Below, piece by piece: positions 1 through 10,107 of a stretch of DNA of 64,000 nucleotides (position 1 is its first letter; each line of letters opens with the position of its first letter). The notes under the pieces were generated by a model that was given only the letters and a program-made list of their open reading frames with translations, searched no databases and was not told the DNA's origin. This DNA comes from an uncultured Pseudomonadales bacterium (lineage in GTDB: Bacteria > Patescibacteriota > Microgenomatia > UBA1400 > PJMF01). The stretch covers positions 782 to 64,781 of the forward strand of contig CAYOIJ010000004.1 of assembly GCA_964404025.1 (NCBI GenBank), given 5' to 3'. A program made the translations under genes and the position numbers.

Positions 1-120
1 ATTCAAGGCAAAGTGCTTGATCCCTTTATTTATATTTTGGTTTTGTTGTTTGGTTTAATACTTTTATTTTATCGTTCTGGTCGTTCTTTAAAGTCTAATA
101 AAAAAAGATCAATTAGATGA
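1..120 (+). CDS. 3' end of a membrane protein truncated by the window edge; possibly prolipoprotein diacylglyceryl transferase
   Basis: Frame 1 is open from base 1 (IQGKVLDPFIYILVLLFGLILLFYRSGRS...) to TGA at 118-120, overlapping the next ATG (ATGA). One hydrophobic helix; the product is a guess. Confidence 0.45.
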   Translation: MQGKVLDPFIYILVLLFGLILLFYRSGRSLKSNKKRSIR

Positions 121-998
121 AGATTATTTTTGAGGATGCAAATTTACTAGTAATCAATAAGCCTGCTGGAGTAGTAGTTAACAGGGCTCAAACTCACCAT
201 GAAAATACCGTTCAAGATTGGTTTATAAAATATTTGGGTCAACAGAACTTGCTCCCTGAGTTTATTGCTAAAAATCGTAATCATTGGCAACAATTCATTC
301 CTCATGATTTTCGAGATGACTTCGGTTCTCCAGAAGAAATCTGGCTAAATCGCCAAGGTTTAGTTCACCGCTTAGATAAAGAGACCTCAGGAGCGCTGCT
401 CTTAGCCAAAAACCCAGGAGTTTTAGTTAATTTATTGGCCCAATTTAAACAGAAACAAGTACAGAAAACTTATTTAGCACTTTGTCATGGGCGCTTTGTA
501 CTGGATACTGGCAAAATTAATGCTCCTTTGGCTAGGGCGAGACGCAATCGTTTTCGCTTTGCCATTAGTGCTACAGGCAAGAGAGCTGAAACTAACTATC
601 AGGTTATTGAAAGATATCAAGACTTTGATTGGCAGACTTTGGAGAAACAAACATTAATCAATAATGAACTTTTTTCGAAAAAAAATATCAAAAAAATTTT
701 AAAGCGAGGTCCGCAGCTTTACCAGGCAGGTTTTACCCTAGTTAAGGCTAAGCCCCAAACTGGACGCACTCATCAAATTCGGGTTCACTTTGCCTCAATG
801 CAGCACCCCTTAGTTGCTGACAAAATTTACTCAGGAAGGAAGCGACAGGATTTAGATCATCTCTGGTGTCCAAGACACTTTTTACATGCTAGTAGTTTAG
901 AGTTTTATTTACCGACGGGCTCAGTGTGGGGAAAAAGACAATTGGTGAAAGTCCCATTAATTGATGATTTACAACAAGCATTGGCTTTGTTAGAATAA
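117..998 (+). CDS. RluA/RluD-family 23S rRNA pseudouridine synthase
   Basis: INKPAG, VHRLDKETSG (catalytic Asp), TGRTHQIRVH and LHA motifs. Confidence 0.95.
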   Translation: MKIIFEDANLLVINKPAGVVVNRAQTHHENTVQDWFIKYLGQQNLLPEFIAKNRNHWQQFIPHDFRDDFGSPEEIWLNRQGLVHRLDKETSGALLLAKNPGVLVNLLAQFKQKQVQKTYLALCHGRFVLDTGKINAPLARARRNRFRFAISATGKRAETNYQVIERYQDFDWQTLEKQTLINNELFSKKNIKKILKRGPQLYQAGFTLVKAKPQTGRTHQIRVHFASMQHPLVADKIYSGRKRQDLDHLWCPRHFLHASSLEFYLPTGSVWGKRQLVKVPLIDDLQQALALLE

Positions 999-1138
999 AT
1001 TTGTTAAGCAAAGAGTGCGAAAGAGCGTTAAGCTTTTCGTATTCCCAAGCAACGAATTTTGACTTTTTAGTCAAGAGGAAACCAAGTGAATAAGAAAAGT
1101 TCAGCGCTCTTTTTTTATTAAACATAGAAAGAGCAGCG

Positions 1139-1753
1139 ATGAAATTTAACAGCATTATATTTGAACAGGATCAGGCGCGATATATTGTGCCTAGTTGGCA
1201 AGACTTAGATCAGCTAAGCTTTGAATTAGCTCAAAAAATAATTGAATCAGGCAAAGAATTTGATTTGGTGGTGGCTTTAGCCAAGGGAGCCTGGCCCATG
1301 AGTCGCACTTTAGTTGACTATTTAGCCATTTCCACTCTAGTGAGCTTGGGTGTTAGATTCTATTCTGGAATTAATGAGCGTCTTAGTGAACCAGCAGTTT
1401 ATCAAGATTTGCCGGTAAGTGTAGTGGATAAGAAAATACTACTTTTTGACGAGGTGGCGGATACCGGTGAATCGCTAGTATTTGCTAGTGATTACCTGTT
1501 AGAGCAGGGGGCAAGTGAAGTAAAAACTGCTACTCTTTTTTTCAAAGAGCGCTCGGCTATTACTCCAGATTACTATGCTAGTACTACTAATTCTTGGATT
1601 ATTTTCCCTTTTGAAGTGAGAGAAATGATGGTCTTGTTGGCGAGTAATTGGCGAGAGCAGGGGATTGATGAGGAAGAAATTAGTAATAGGTTTAATCAGC
1701 TAAATTTTAAAAAACACATTAGTAGTTATTTTTTAAAAATAAATAATAAATAG
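1139..1753 (+). CDS. Type I phosphoribosyltransferase (purine-salvage-like)
   Basis: PRPP-binding loop LLFDEVADTGESL; C-terminal WIIFPFE. Confidence 0.85.
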   Translation: MKFNSIIFEQDQARYIVPSWQDLDQLSFELAQKIIESGKEFDLVVALAKGAWPMSRTLVDYLAISTLVSLGVRFYSGINERLSEPAVYQDLPVSVVDKKILLFDEVADTGESLVFASDYLLEQGASEVKTATLFFKERSAITPDYYASTTNSWIIFPFEVREMMVLLASNWREQGIDEEEISNRFNQLNFKKHISSYFLKINNK

Positions 1754-1766
1754 AAGGGGTCCGATT

Positions 1767-1985
1767 ATGGGTAAGGAATATTTAACCGACTTGAAAGCGA
1801 AAAAAGAAGCTGATTTAAGAGTTATGTTGAAAGAGGCAGAATCTGACAGAAATTACCAATTACAACTTGATATCTATCGCTTACTTTTGCCTTTTGAGGA
1901 GCGTCCTTGTTTAGCTTTGACCGCGATTAAAGAGTTGGAAGAGCTAATAAATAGGACAGTAAATCCAGAGGAAAACGCAATTTAA
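1767..1985 (+). CDS. Hypothetical protein (72 aa)
   Basis: ORF preceded by AAGGGG, operon-like spacing; no motif recognised. Confidence 0.55.
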   Translation: MGKEYLTDLKAKKEADLRVMLKEAESDRNYQLQLDIYRLLLPFEERPCLALTAIKELEELINRTVNPEENAI

Positions 1986-1999
1986 ATGTTTGAGTCATT

Positions 2000-2875
2000 T
2001 TGATTATGCCAATTACTGTTTTTTCTAGCGAAAGACTTACTCAAGAAGAGAGAATTAGAGCGTCTAGAAAAGAACAGTTGCGTCAGTTAATGTATGATCT
2101 AAGTGCTCTGGTGATCAATACTGCTAACAAAAACAAAGCTTTAGCACTAGCAGAACTGATTAATCGTCTGACAAATCAGCAATTAGTTTCTAGAGAGGTA
2201 ATCTGTTTTGCCGATCCCAATCAAGAACAATGTGCTGTTCGAGCTGCTACAGTTGCTCAGAGTAAGGTAGAAAATCTAATTAAGGACTTAGAGTCTCATC
2301 CAGAACATTGTCGCTCTATTGATGGTGAGTGCAGCTTAGAGATGAATTTATTACTTAGTCAACTAGTTTTATTTGCAGGTTCAGATGTTAACGCTTTTAT
2401 TCAAGAGGCAGATCAAACCTGGCATCAAAATCACCAATTGTCCAGACTTCATGCAGAAAAACTGCCAGACGAAAAATTTTGGCAATTGCGTCAAGAACTG
2501 CGCCAACAATTTTGTTTTCCCGAAAACAAGCAAGTGGTATTGCGTTGGGACATAGCTAGTCATTTAGTGAATGGTCGAGATCATAGTTTTAGTGATTTAA
2601 TAGAGGTAGTAAGTCGGCCAGTCGATCCCGAATTATTGGATAAGTATTTATTCGCAGCTTTAGACAACGGTCTTATTTTAGAATCAAATCAACATTTTGC
2701 TGCTTTAGAGTGTTTAATTGATAATGGACAAATTATTAGCACCAGTCACTTGCCACGAGAACTAGAGGAGAGAGGCGCTAGTTTAGCCGATTTTAGCAGT
2801 TTTGAAGTATCTCCGGTGCTTTTATCAGCATTTTTATACTCCGTTGTTAATAATACACCTGTTTACATCCCATAA
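2000..2875 (+). CDS. Hypothetical protein (291 aa)
   Basis: Long ORF in AT-rich DNA; no recognised motif. Confidence 0.65.
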   Translation: MIMPITVFSSERLTQEERIRASRKEQLRQLMYDLSALVINTANKNKALALAELINRLTNQQLVSREVICFADPNQEQCAVRAATVAQSKVENLIKDLESHPEHCRSIDGECSLEMNLLLSQLVLFAGSDVNAFIQEADQTWHQNHQLSRLHAEKLPDEKFWQLRQELRQQFCFPENKQVVLRWDIASHLVNGRDHSFSDLIEVVSRPVDPELLDKYLFAALDNGLILESNQHFAALECLIDNGQIISTSHLPRELEERGASLADFSSFEVSPVLLSAFLYSVVNNTPVYIP

Positions 2876-2938
2876 TTTTTATAAAAACTATCCCATAACA
2901 TTTATATTCTTTTGTTTGCTAGATTTAGCCAGAAAGCA

Positions 2939-2947
2939 TGTTATAAT
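2939..2947 (+). promoter_or_regulatory. Extended -10 promoter of rpsB-tsf
   Basis: TGTTATAAT about 96 bp upstream of the rpsB ATG. Confidence 0.6.
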
Positions 2948-3043
2948 TTAAACTCTAATTATTAAATTTGGTCTTAGTATCTTCTTTCCTGATTAAATAC
3001 TAAAACCCATTTCGGACGAGATCTGAAATAAACAAGGAACAAT

Positions 3044-4060
3044 ATGGCAGAAAGCAAAAAAGCTTCTAAAACTAAAAAAAGTGCTCCCAGCAAGAAAACT
3101 GCTGTTAAAAAAGTGGTTAAAAAAACGGCCAAGAAAGCGGTTAAGAAAGTAGAGAAGAGTAGTGCTAAAAAAGCCCCTACTTCAGTTAAAAAGACTTCTC
3201 CAAAAAAGCCTAGTGTTAAGAAAATAGATTCAAAAAAAGAAGAAGCAATTAAAACAAGTTCTGAAACAACTCCAGCTACAAAAACAAAAAAAACAGAGGA
3301 AAAATCTTCAGTAGAGGAAAAATCTTCAGTAGAAGAGAAATCTTCAGTAAAAAATCGAGAGATTGACGGCGAGTTGCCAGAAATTGATTTACAAGCTATG
3401 TTTGAGGCAGGTTGTCATCTGGGTCATAAAGTTTCTAAATGGCATCCTAAGATGGAGCCTTTTATCTATACTAGTGAAGGTGGCATACATATTTTTGATT
3501 TAGAGAAGACTGCGGAACAACTAGAATTAGCTTGTCAGCGTTTTTATAATTTGGCTAAAGAGGGAAAGAGTTTATTAATGTTGGGCACCAAACGCTCAGC
3601 TCGTGAAATAGTTAAAGAAGCAGCTGTTGAAATGGGTTGCTTTTATATTGTTTCTCGCTGGATGGGTGGTTTATTAACCAATTTTAACCAATTGCAAAAA
3701 TCTATTAAGAGGATGAGTGAGATTGAAACTGGTTTGGAATCTGGAAAATTTGATAAATATACCAAATATGAACGCCTACAATTAGATAAAGAAAAAACCC
3801 GTTTGGAAAGATTTTTTATGGGGCTGAAGGGTTTAAAGGGCAAGCCAGACTGTGTATTTGTGGTTGATTCAGAAAAAGAAAATATAGCTGTCAAAGAATC
3901 CATTAGTGAGAATGTTGAAGTGATTGCTATTGCTGATAGCAACGCTGATCCAAGAGAGATTAACATTGTCATTCCTGCAAATGATGATGCAGCAAAAAGC
4001 GTTGCTTATATTGTGAATTGTTTGAAGACTGCCTACAATGCTGGTAAAACAGCGCGTTAA
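3044..4060 (+). CDS. rpsB: 30S ribosomal protein S2 with ~110-aa Lys-rich N-terminal extension
   Basis: AGCHLGH..KWHPKM, RWMGGLLTNF, IPANDDA; AAGGA SD; followed by tsf. Confidence 0.97.
   Translation: MAESKKASKTKKSAPSKKTAVKKVVKKTAKKAVKKVEKSSAKKAPTSVKKTSPKKPSVKKIDSKKEEAIKTSSETTPATKTKKTEEKSSVEEKSSVEEKSSVKNREIDGELPEIDLQAMFEAGCHLGHKVSKWHPKMEPFIYTSEGGIHIFDLEKTAEQLELACQRFYNLAKEGKSLLMLGTKRSAREIVKEAAVEMGCFYIVSRWMGGLLTNFNQLQKSIKRMSEIETGLESGKFDKYTKYERLQLDKEKTRLERFFMGLKGLKGKPDCVFVVDSEKENIAVKESISENVEVIAIADSNADPREINIVIPANDDAAKSVAYIVNCLKTAYNAGKTAR
3296..3349 (+). repeat. 3 x 18-bp in-frame tandem repeat (EEKSSV) in the rpsB extension
   Basis: gaggaaaaatcttcagta twice, then gaagagaaatcttcagta. Confidence 0.95.
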
Positions 4061-4081
4061 TAGTCATTGAAAGGTTAAAAA

Positions 4082-4546
4082 ATGGCAATAACTATGGAAT
4101 CAATTAAGAAACTACGTCAAGAAACTGGAGCCCGAATTATGGATTGTAAGAAGGCTTTAGAGGAGGCGAAGGGTGATTTAAAATTAGCCAAAAAGTACGT
4201 TCAAGAAAAAGGTTTAGCTAGAGCAGAAAAGAGCACTGATCGTGAAGCGGGTGTTGGTTATATTGCTAGTTATACTCATGCTACAGGTCAAATTGCTAGT
4301 TTAGTAGAATTACTCTGTGAAACAGATTTTGTAGCGGCCAACGAAGAATTCCGTCAATTGGCTCAAAATTTAGCTATGCAAGTGGCAGCTATGAATCCTC
4401 AAGACAAAGAAGAATTATTAAAACAAGATTTTATTAGAGAGAGCGGTCAAACTGTAGACATGGTTATTAAAGCTTTGTCAGGAAAGATTGGTGAAAAAAT
4501 AGTTTTAGGTCGCTTCATACGTTTTGTGGTTGGTCAAGAGAACTAA
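4082..4546 (+). CDS. tsf: Elongation factor Ts, short form
   Basis: LRQETGARIMDCKKAL and ELLCETDFVA; 154 aa. Confidence 0.96.
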   Translation: MAITMESIKKLRQETGARIMDCKKALEEAKGDLKLAKKYVQEKGLARAEKSTDREAGVGYIASYTHATGQIASLVELLCETDFVAANEEFRQLAQNLAMQVAAMNPQDKEELLKQDFIRESGQTVDMVIKALSGKIGEKIVLGRFIRFVVGQEN

Positions 4547-4587
4547 AAAAGTGTTAAACTAAAAACTAGAAGAAAATATTCTTTGCT

Positions 4588-5568
4588 ATGCGTGATTACT
4601 GCCCATCTCGCCAAGAACAAAAGAAACTTAAGGCTAAAAAAGTTAAAGCCAAAAAGTCACGACGATCAAAAAAAAAGAAAAGATCTATATCTTCTGCTTG
4701 GCAAAAATTTTTTTTAATCTTGTTTTCAATATTTTTGGTATTATTGTTAGCAATCTTTTTTATTTATTTGCTTCGTACCCAACAATCTAAAAAGAATCAA
4801 TTAAGTTGCACTCAACACTTGCTTATAACAGAAACGGGTCGACCACATGCTTGGGTAGTGTTGGCGCCCGCAGAACAAAAAGTAAAAGTATTAACTTTCA
4901 ATAAACTGAGTATTCAAAAATGGAATGAGCTGGGTCCAGATTCAGAGCTAAGTGTTGATGAAGAAATATTATTTTTTAGTTTATTGTTTGATGTTTTTGT
5001 TGATCAAGTTATAGAATATAAATCTCAAGAGATTAGTAAAAATAAGCAAAATCAATTTAAAGAATTTCTAATTAATGAATTAAAGGATAGGGGAGTCAAA
5101 AATTTGGCCTTTTATTTAGAAGGATTTCAACCCAATTGGGAATGGGTAGATGAAGAAAACTTTTCAGACATTGAAGCAGAACGCTTGAGATTGAAAAGTT
5201 TTTTGGACAGAAATACTGGAGCTAATTATGGAAAAGTTTTTGAGTGTCCAGTAGCGGTTATTAACAGTAGTGGAGAGGCTGGTTTAGCTACTACTTTTAC
5301 TGGGCTTTTGGAGAAGGATGGTTTTTCTGTAGTCAAAAGAGATAGTGGGCCTGAAATTTTGACAGAAACTACTTTACTTGTAGATCAGGAGGCGACAGCC
5401 TGCCAATTATTGATCAGTCGATTCAAACAATTGATGCCAGATAAAGCCATTAATCACAATCGAGAACTAGCGCAACAATATCGGGCTAGTGCAGTAATTT
5501 TTTTGGCTGAGGATTTATCGAAACTGAGAATCAGTAATTTTAACTTTTTGAATGATGATTCCCAGTAG
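4588..5568 (+). CDS. Membrane-anchored LytR C-terminal domain protein
   Basis: Basic N-terminus, one TM helix, C-terminal VAVINSSGEAGLA...LEKDGF resembling LytR_C. Confidence 0.7.
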   Translation: MRDYCPSRQEQKKLKAKKVKAKKSRRSKKKKRSISSAWQKFFLILFSIFLVLLLAIFFIYLLRTQQSKKNQLSCTQHLLITETGRPHAWVVLAPAEQKVKVLTFNKLSIQKWNELGPDSELSVDEEILFFSLLFDVFVDQVIEYKSQEISKNKQNQFKEFLINELKDRGVKNLAFYLEGFQPNWEWVDEENFSDIEAERLRLKSFLDRNTGANYGKVFECPVAVINSSGEAGLATTFTGLLEKDGFSVVKRDSGPEILTETTLLVDQEATACQLLISRFKQLMPDKAINHNRELAQQYRASAVIFLAEDLSKLRISNFNFLNDDSQ

Positions 5569-5600
5569 AATATTTTTTTCTTAGAAGCCATAATGCAGTA

Positions 5601-7070
5601 TTGATGAAAAAGATAAAACATCAAAATAAATTATTTGGTTTTAAGCTGAAACACATAATTCTCATATTAATAGTTTTATTACTTGTTACTGCATTAAGTT
5701 TTGACAAGTATGCAAAGTTTTCTTTCGATTTAGATGAAATTTTTACAGTTTACAATAGTAAAAACATTAACCCCTTCGATTACTGGACTGCTTTAAATTA
5801 TGATTTAGGAAATCCACAACTTTTTGTTGTTTTATTAAAACTTTTTGTACTAGTATCAGATTCGTCAGATATTTGGTTGAGAACTTTACCTTTGATTTTT
5901 TACTTATTATCAGTTTGGGTTTTTATTAAGATCTTGAATGAATTTAAAATATCAGAAAAATTACGTCTTTTGACTGTTATCATTTATCTAGGTTTGTCAC
6001 CATTCTGGTTTTTTAGATTTTATGTAAGAGCCTATTCACTTTTGTTACTTCTAATTTTATTGACAATTTATCAAAGTTTTAAAATAATCAAAAATCCTCG
6101 ATCAATTGAATTAAAAAGATTGATGATAATTATATTTTTTGGTTTTCATAGCCACTATATTTATTGGATTTTTAATGCAATTTGGATAGCAACACTGTTT
6201 TTTACTGGTGTATTAAAAAAAATTTTAACTAAGTTGGGCAGCAAGAAGTTTTTTAAAATTGTTGGCATAGGCGTCATTTCATTGTTTCCCATTGTAATCA
6301 ATTTAGTTTCGAGGGAACTGATAAATAGTGTTAACCGTTATTATTTTTTTCAGCTAGACTTAATTCATCCTTCTTCTTTAGAAATTCTTCAGTTCATTTT
6401 AAAAATGGATCTAAATTATAATTTTTTTAAATTAATTGATGTTTTTTTCTGGTTAATTCTGTTTGTTGGTGGTGTTTTGGCAATCAAGAAAAAGACAAAT
6501 AAAAATCAAGAGATATGGCTAGTTTTTTCAATTTTATTTTGGTCAGTTTATTTCCTAACTCCATTGAAGAATTTTTTAAGCGTATTTAAATATATATCTG
6601 TTTTTACATTATTTGTACCAATTAGTCTTGTTCTTATTTTAAATAAATTATTTAATTTAGAGCGTTCTTTAAAATCAAAAACAATCATGCTTGTAAGTAC
6701 TATGTTAGTAATTGTCTGGTCCTTACTGCCACCACTAAAAACAATCAGAGTCGACTATGGAGATGATTGGAAAACAGTGGTTAATAAGGTTTCTCGATCC
6801 TCAATTAACTCTGCAGTTGTTATTGATTGTATAGATAAACTAGGTTTTGATTATTATGCAATTAAAAGCTTGGAATTTTATGGGTTTAAGGGTTTTAGTT
6901 CGGGAAACCATTGTGGCTTGCCATCTATAATTGATAATGCGCAAGTTTTGGAAAATATTTTGGTAGTTGGAGATGGGGTGCTTCCTTTGCCGATAGAAGA
7001 CAGTCATAATTTGATTTTTTATTCAGAAAAATATTTTCCAATCAAGTTTTATTATTATCAAAGAAAATAA
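5601..7070 (+). CDS. GT-C fold membrane glycosyltransferase (PMT_2/ArnT-like)
   Basis: DE motif after the first TM (DLDEIFT), NPQLF, WLR..P, VRAYS; multipass. Confidence 0.75.
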   Translation: MMKKIKHQNKLFGFKLKHIILILIVLLLVTALSFDKYAKFSFDLDEIFTVYNSKNINPFDYWTALNYDLGNPQLFVVLLKLFVLVSDSSDIWLRTLPLIFYLLSVWVFIKILNEFKISEKLRLLTVIIYLGLSPFWFFRFYVRAYSLLLLLILLTIYQSFKIIKNPRSIELKRLMIIIFFGFHSHYIYWIFNAIWIATLFFTGVLKKILTKLGSKKFFKIVGIGVISLFPIVINLVSRELINSVNRYYFFQLDLIHPSSLEILQFILKMDLNYNFFKLIDVFFWLILFVGGVLAIKKKTNKNQEIWLVFSILFWSVYFLTPLKNFLSVFKYISVFTLFVPISLVLILNKLFNLERSLKSKTIMLVSTMLVIVWSLLPPLKTIRVDYGDDWKTVVNKVSRSSINSAVVIDCIDKLGFDYYAIKSLEFYGFKGFSSGNHCGLPSIIDNAQVLENILVVGDGVLPLPIEDSHNLIFYSEKYFPIKFYYYQRK

Positions 7071-7137
7071 TTAATAAGATAAAAACCTGATAGTCAAAAA
7101 ATTTTCGTTTAGCTAAGACTAGAGGAGAGTAGTCAAT

Positions 7138-7896
7138 TTAAGAATTGGAGCTTTGGATTTTTTTCATGACAGTTTCTAAACCATCGCTTTGATCGTCATC
7201 ATCTTCATCAGTGCTGATAATTCCTAGTGGAATATCCTTTTCCAGCACAATATCTTCTCCAAGATTAAATTGGTTGTTGATTTTTTTACTCGGGAAAGAC
7301 TGTAGTTGTGAGTTTTTTTTAGAACGCAGAACCTCCTTTAACTGTACACAACATTGTTTATCATCAATTTTGTAAATAACACAGCTATATTGATTGCCAC
7401 CAACAATTAGCTTACTCAAGCGAAAAGAAATGTCTTCGGGTAGTGCGCCTATATGTTTTTTCTTGTCATCTACGATACTGATGTAGCGATTTTTCGTTTG
7501 TAAAAAACATTGTTGACCAACCTTTAACTTATTTAATTGTGAGCTGCTAGTTAAGCGATGTAGGGAAATAATTTTACTTTTACCTGGTTCTTCAATAAAA
7601 TCAGCGTTATTATTAAAAATAATGTCGGGAGTTTTTTCTTTGTTTTTAATTTTTTTTAGGTGTTTATTGGCAATGATGTTAGAACGATCAATGGTTAAAA
7701 CATTTTTAAAAATTTTTTTTGCTTCTTTTTCTTTTTTGAGTTTGAGCAAAGCGAGGCCCAAGCGATTCATTGCTTCTAAGTTTTTTGGAGATTGTTCAAG
7801 TATTTCCTGATTAATGAGGACGGCATTGTTCCAATCAGCATCTTTGACTGCTTGAATGGCTTTAGCTCTTAGCAGGGAGCTATTTGGCATAGTCAT
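7138..7896 (-). CDS. TPR-containing protein with possible HIRAN-like C-terminal domain and acidic tail
   Basis: TPR pattern PKNLEAMNRLGLALL; IGALPEDISFRLSKLI resembles the HIRAN core. Confidence 0.7.
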   Translation of the reverse strand: MTMPNSSLLRAKAIQAVKDADWNNAVLINQEILEQSPKNLEAMNRLGLALLKLKKEKEAKKIFKNVLTIDRSNIIANKHLKKIKNKEKTPDIIFNNNADFIEEPGKSKIISLHRLTSSSQLNKLKVGQQCFLQTKNRYISIVDDKKKHIGALPEDISFRLSKLIVGGNQYSCVIYKIDDKQCCVQLKEVLRSKKNSQLQSFPSKKINNQFNLGEDIVLEKDIPLGIISTDEDDDDQSDGLETVMKKIQSSNS

Positions 7897-7997
7897 AAGG
7901 TTTACACCTTTCTTCGGGGATGTTACAGCTTGTTGAGTAAATTGTCAACTCACAAAATTGATAATGAGGGTTTAGCAAGCTTTGTTATAATGTTCTT

Positions 7998-8555
7998 ATG
8001 TCAGGACATAGTAAATGGAGTAACATCAAGAATCGTAAAGACGCCCAAGATAAAGTGAGGGGTAAAATTTTTAGTCAGTTATCTAGACAAATTCGAGCCA
8101 GTGTTAAATCTGGTGGGTCTGGAGATCCAAATCTTAATTCAAATTTGAGATTGATACTAGATAAGGCCAGGGGGGCTAATATGCCTAAGGACAAGATTCA
8201 AAGAGCCATTGACGTGGCTTTAGGTAAAACTGGTGGAAACGAGGTTAAAGAAATAGTTTATGAAGCCTTTACTTCGGGAGGTGTAGCTCTGATGATTGTG
8301 GCTTTAACAGATAATAATAATCGTACAGCCAGTGAGCTTAGAACATTATTAAGTAAGCATGGTGGTTCTTTAGCTGGTCCTGGTAGTGCTGCCTATATGT
8401 TTGAGCGCGATAATGAAGGGGGATTTACAGCTAAGATCAAGATTACGGTAAGTGAAGAGCAAATTCCCTCAATACTTGAGCTAGTTGAATTATTGCTTCA
8501 AAATGAGGATGTAGAAGATGTTTTTGTGGCAACTGATTTGCCAGAAGAAGACTAA
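7998..8555 (+). CDS. yebC: YebC/PmpR family protein, shortened
   Basis: MSGHSKWSNIK, NMPKDKIQRAI, TDNNNRT; 185 aa versus the usual ~240. Confidence 0.95.
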   Translation: MSGHSKWSNIKNRKDAQDKVRGKIFSQLSRQIRASVKSGGSGDPNLNSNLRLILDKARGANMPKDKIQRAIDVALGKTGGNEVKEIVYEAFTSGGVALMIVALTDNNNRTASELRTLLSKHGGSLAGPGSAAYMFERDNEGGFTAKIKITVSEEQIPSILELVELLLQNEDVEDVFVATDLPEED

Positions 8556-8560
8556 AAGCT

Positions 8561-9328
8561 ATGCGTCGTCGCGAAAAATTTATTATTGTTTCTATATTAC
8601 TATCTCTGGGTTTATTAGCCACACAGTATGTGCCAGCTGATTGGCGTTATGGAGCAATTGCTTTATTTACTGTAATTAGTTATTTTATGTCTGCTTGGGC
8701 TTTAAGTGACGACTTACAAGCTTATGAGTGGCTGACTATTTTACCTTTTCCTGCGCTTTATGCTTTGTCTGTTGGTCTATTTTATTTTCTATTACCAGAG
8801 GTGATATTATCTCGTTTGGCAATTTTAGCCATTTTTGGTGTTGGTATGTACGCCTTATTTTTGACGTCAAATATTTTCTCTGTAGCCAAAGGCAGGACTA
8901 TTCAGCTTTTGTATGCAGCTCATGCTATTGCTTTATTTTTTACGATGATTACTTCTTTATTATTGACCAATACTATTTTTTCATTACGCCTACCTTTTTA
9001 TTTTAATGCTTTGTTAATTGCTGCTGTTCATTTTATTCTGGTGTTGATGTCTTTGTGGTCAGTACAATTAGAACCACGTATTAATAAAGAAATTTTAAAT
9101 TACAGCCTGCTGTTTATTTTAATATTGGCTGAATTTGCTATCTGTTTTTCTTTCTTACCAATGCAGATTTGGCACATTTCTTTATTTATAATGTCTTTGG
9201 TGTATGTAGGTTTATCACTGTTTCAGAATCTATTGCAGGGGAGATTGTTTAAAAACACTGCCACCGAATACGGCTTAGTAGCAATTTTTATTATATTGGC
9301 TTTCATCATGGTTTTTCCAGGTAAATAA
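8561..9328 (+). CDS. Multipass membrane protein (DUF5656-like)
   Basis: About 8-9 hydrophobic helices; NIFSVA..RTIQLL.AA motif; family name from recall. Confidence 0.6.
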   Translation: MRRREKFIIVSILLSLGLLATQYVPADWRYGAIALFTVISYFMSAWALSDDLQAYEWLTILPFPALYALSVGLFYFLLPEVILSRLAILAIFGVGMYALFLTSNIFSVAKGRTIQLLYAAHAIALFFTMITSLLLTNTIFSLRLPFYFNALLIAAVHFILVLMSLWSVQLEPRINKEILNYSLLFILILAEFAICFSFLPMQIWHISLFIMSLVYVGLSLFQNLLQGRLFKNTATEYGLVAIFIILAFIMVFPGK

Positions 9329-9330
9329 GT

Positions 9331-9358
9331 AATTTAGATTGATATATCAATCTAAATT
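9331..9358. repeat. Perfect 28-bp palindrome, copy 1
   Basis: AATTTAGATTGATATATCAATCTAAATT equals its own reverse complement. Confidence 0.97.
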
Positions 9359-10079
9359 TAAATAATTAGAGTGGGGAAGAGCTATAAAATTTTGCTTGTT
9401 TTAACTATTTTTTAAAGACTGATTAAAGATGAATGCTCCGTATATTTTTTGATTAATTTAGCAATCTTAAAATGTTTTTTTGAGTAAAATTTAATAAAAA
9501 TTAGCTAAAAAAACACTAGGGAAGTCTGACAAATTTTTTAAGGGAGGTGGCTTCCTTTTAAAACTTAAGTTTCACTTTTGTATTTCAAAGAATTCACTTA
9601 TATTACAAATTCTTGTTAGAGTAGAGTCATAAATCTATTGGACCCGGACAATAAAGGGTAGAAGCGTGAAAATTGTGGAAAACTCATTTGTTATAGGACT
9701 TATTTAGTCTGGGATGATATAGTTTGATATAGTCATTTAGAAAAGCATTCAGATAAGTATGCAAAAATAAATTTAGCCTGGTAGCTAAAAGACTCACTAA
9801 GATTATTTCCTCTGGAATTCCTCGAGTACAATCTCATTTTGACCAGGCTAAGTCTGGGGAGCAGAAGGACTGATTCATCAATAAAAAACCCGAATAAGCT
9901 TTTTCAAGAAGACCTAGGGAGGAGCCTTTGGGGCTTAGTTATGCCTGGAGCATTAAAAGAGGGATAAGTTTTCAGGGCGCAGTGTAATTTTGTAAGTAAA
10001 AAGCAGTAAAAAGAATACTATAGTCTTTACTGCCCTGCAAAAGGAGATGGATGGATTTCTGGGTTTATGGATTGATACT

Positions 10080-10107
10080 ATGTCGCACAATATAACTTTT
10101 GCGACAC
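10080..10107. other. Putative dif (Xer recombination) site at the replication terminus
   Basis: ATGTCGCACAA-TATAAC-TTTTGCGACAC, 11-6-11 with 9/11 symmetric arms resembling the XerC arm GGTGCGCATAA; non-coding; G-run/C-run switch here; Xer gene 1.1 kb away. Confidence 0.8.

Noticed and set aside
2948-3043. S2 autoregulatory RNA leader
   Set aside because: Only a weak TTCGGA/TCTGAA hairpin and an ACCC run; not enough to call without an alignment.
9331-9358. Palindrome as a protelomerase target or assembly fold-back
   Set aside because: No protelomerase in the window, symmetry stops at 28 bp, and a diverged second copy exists.
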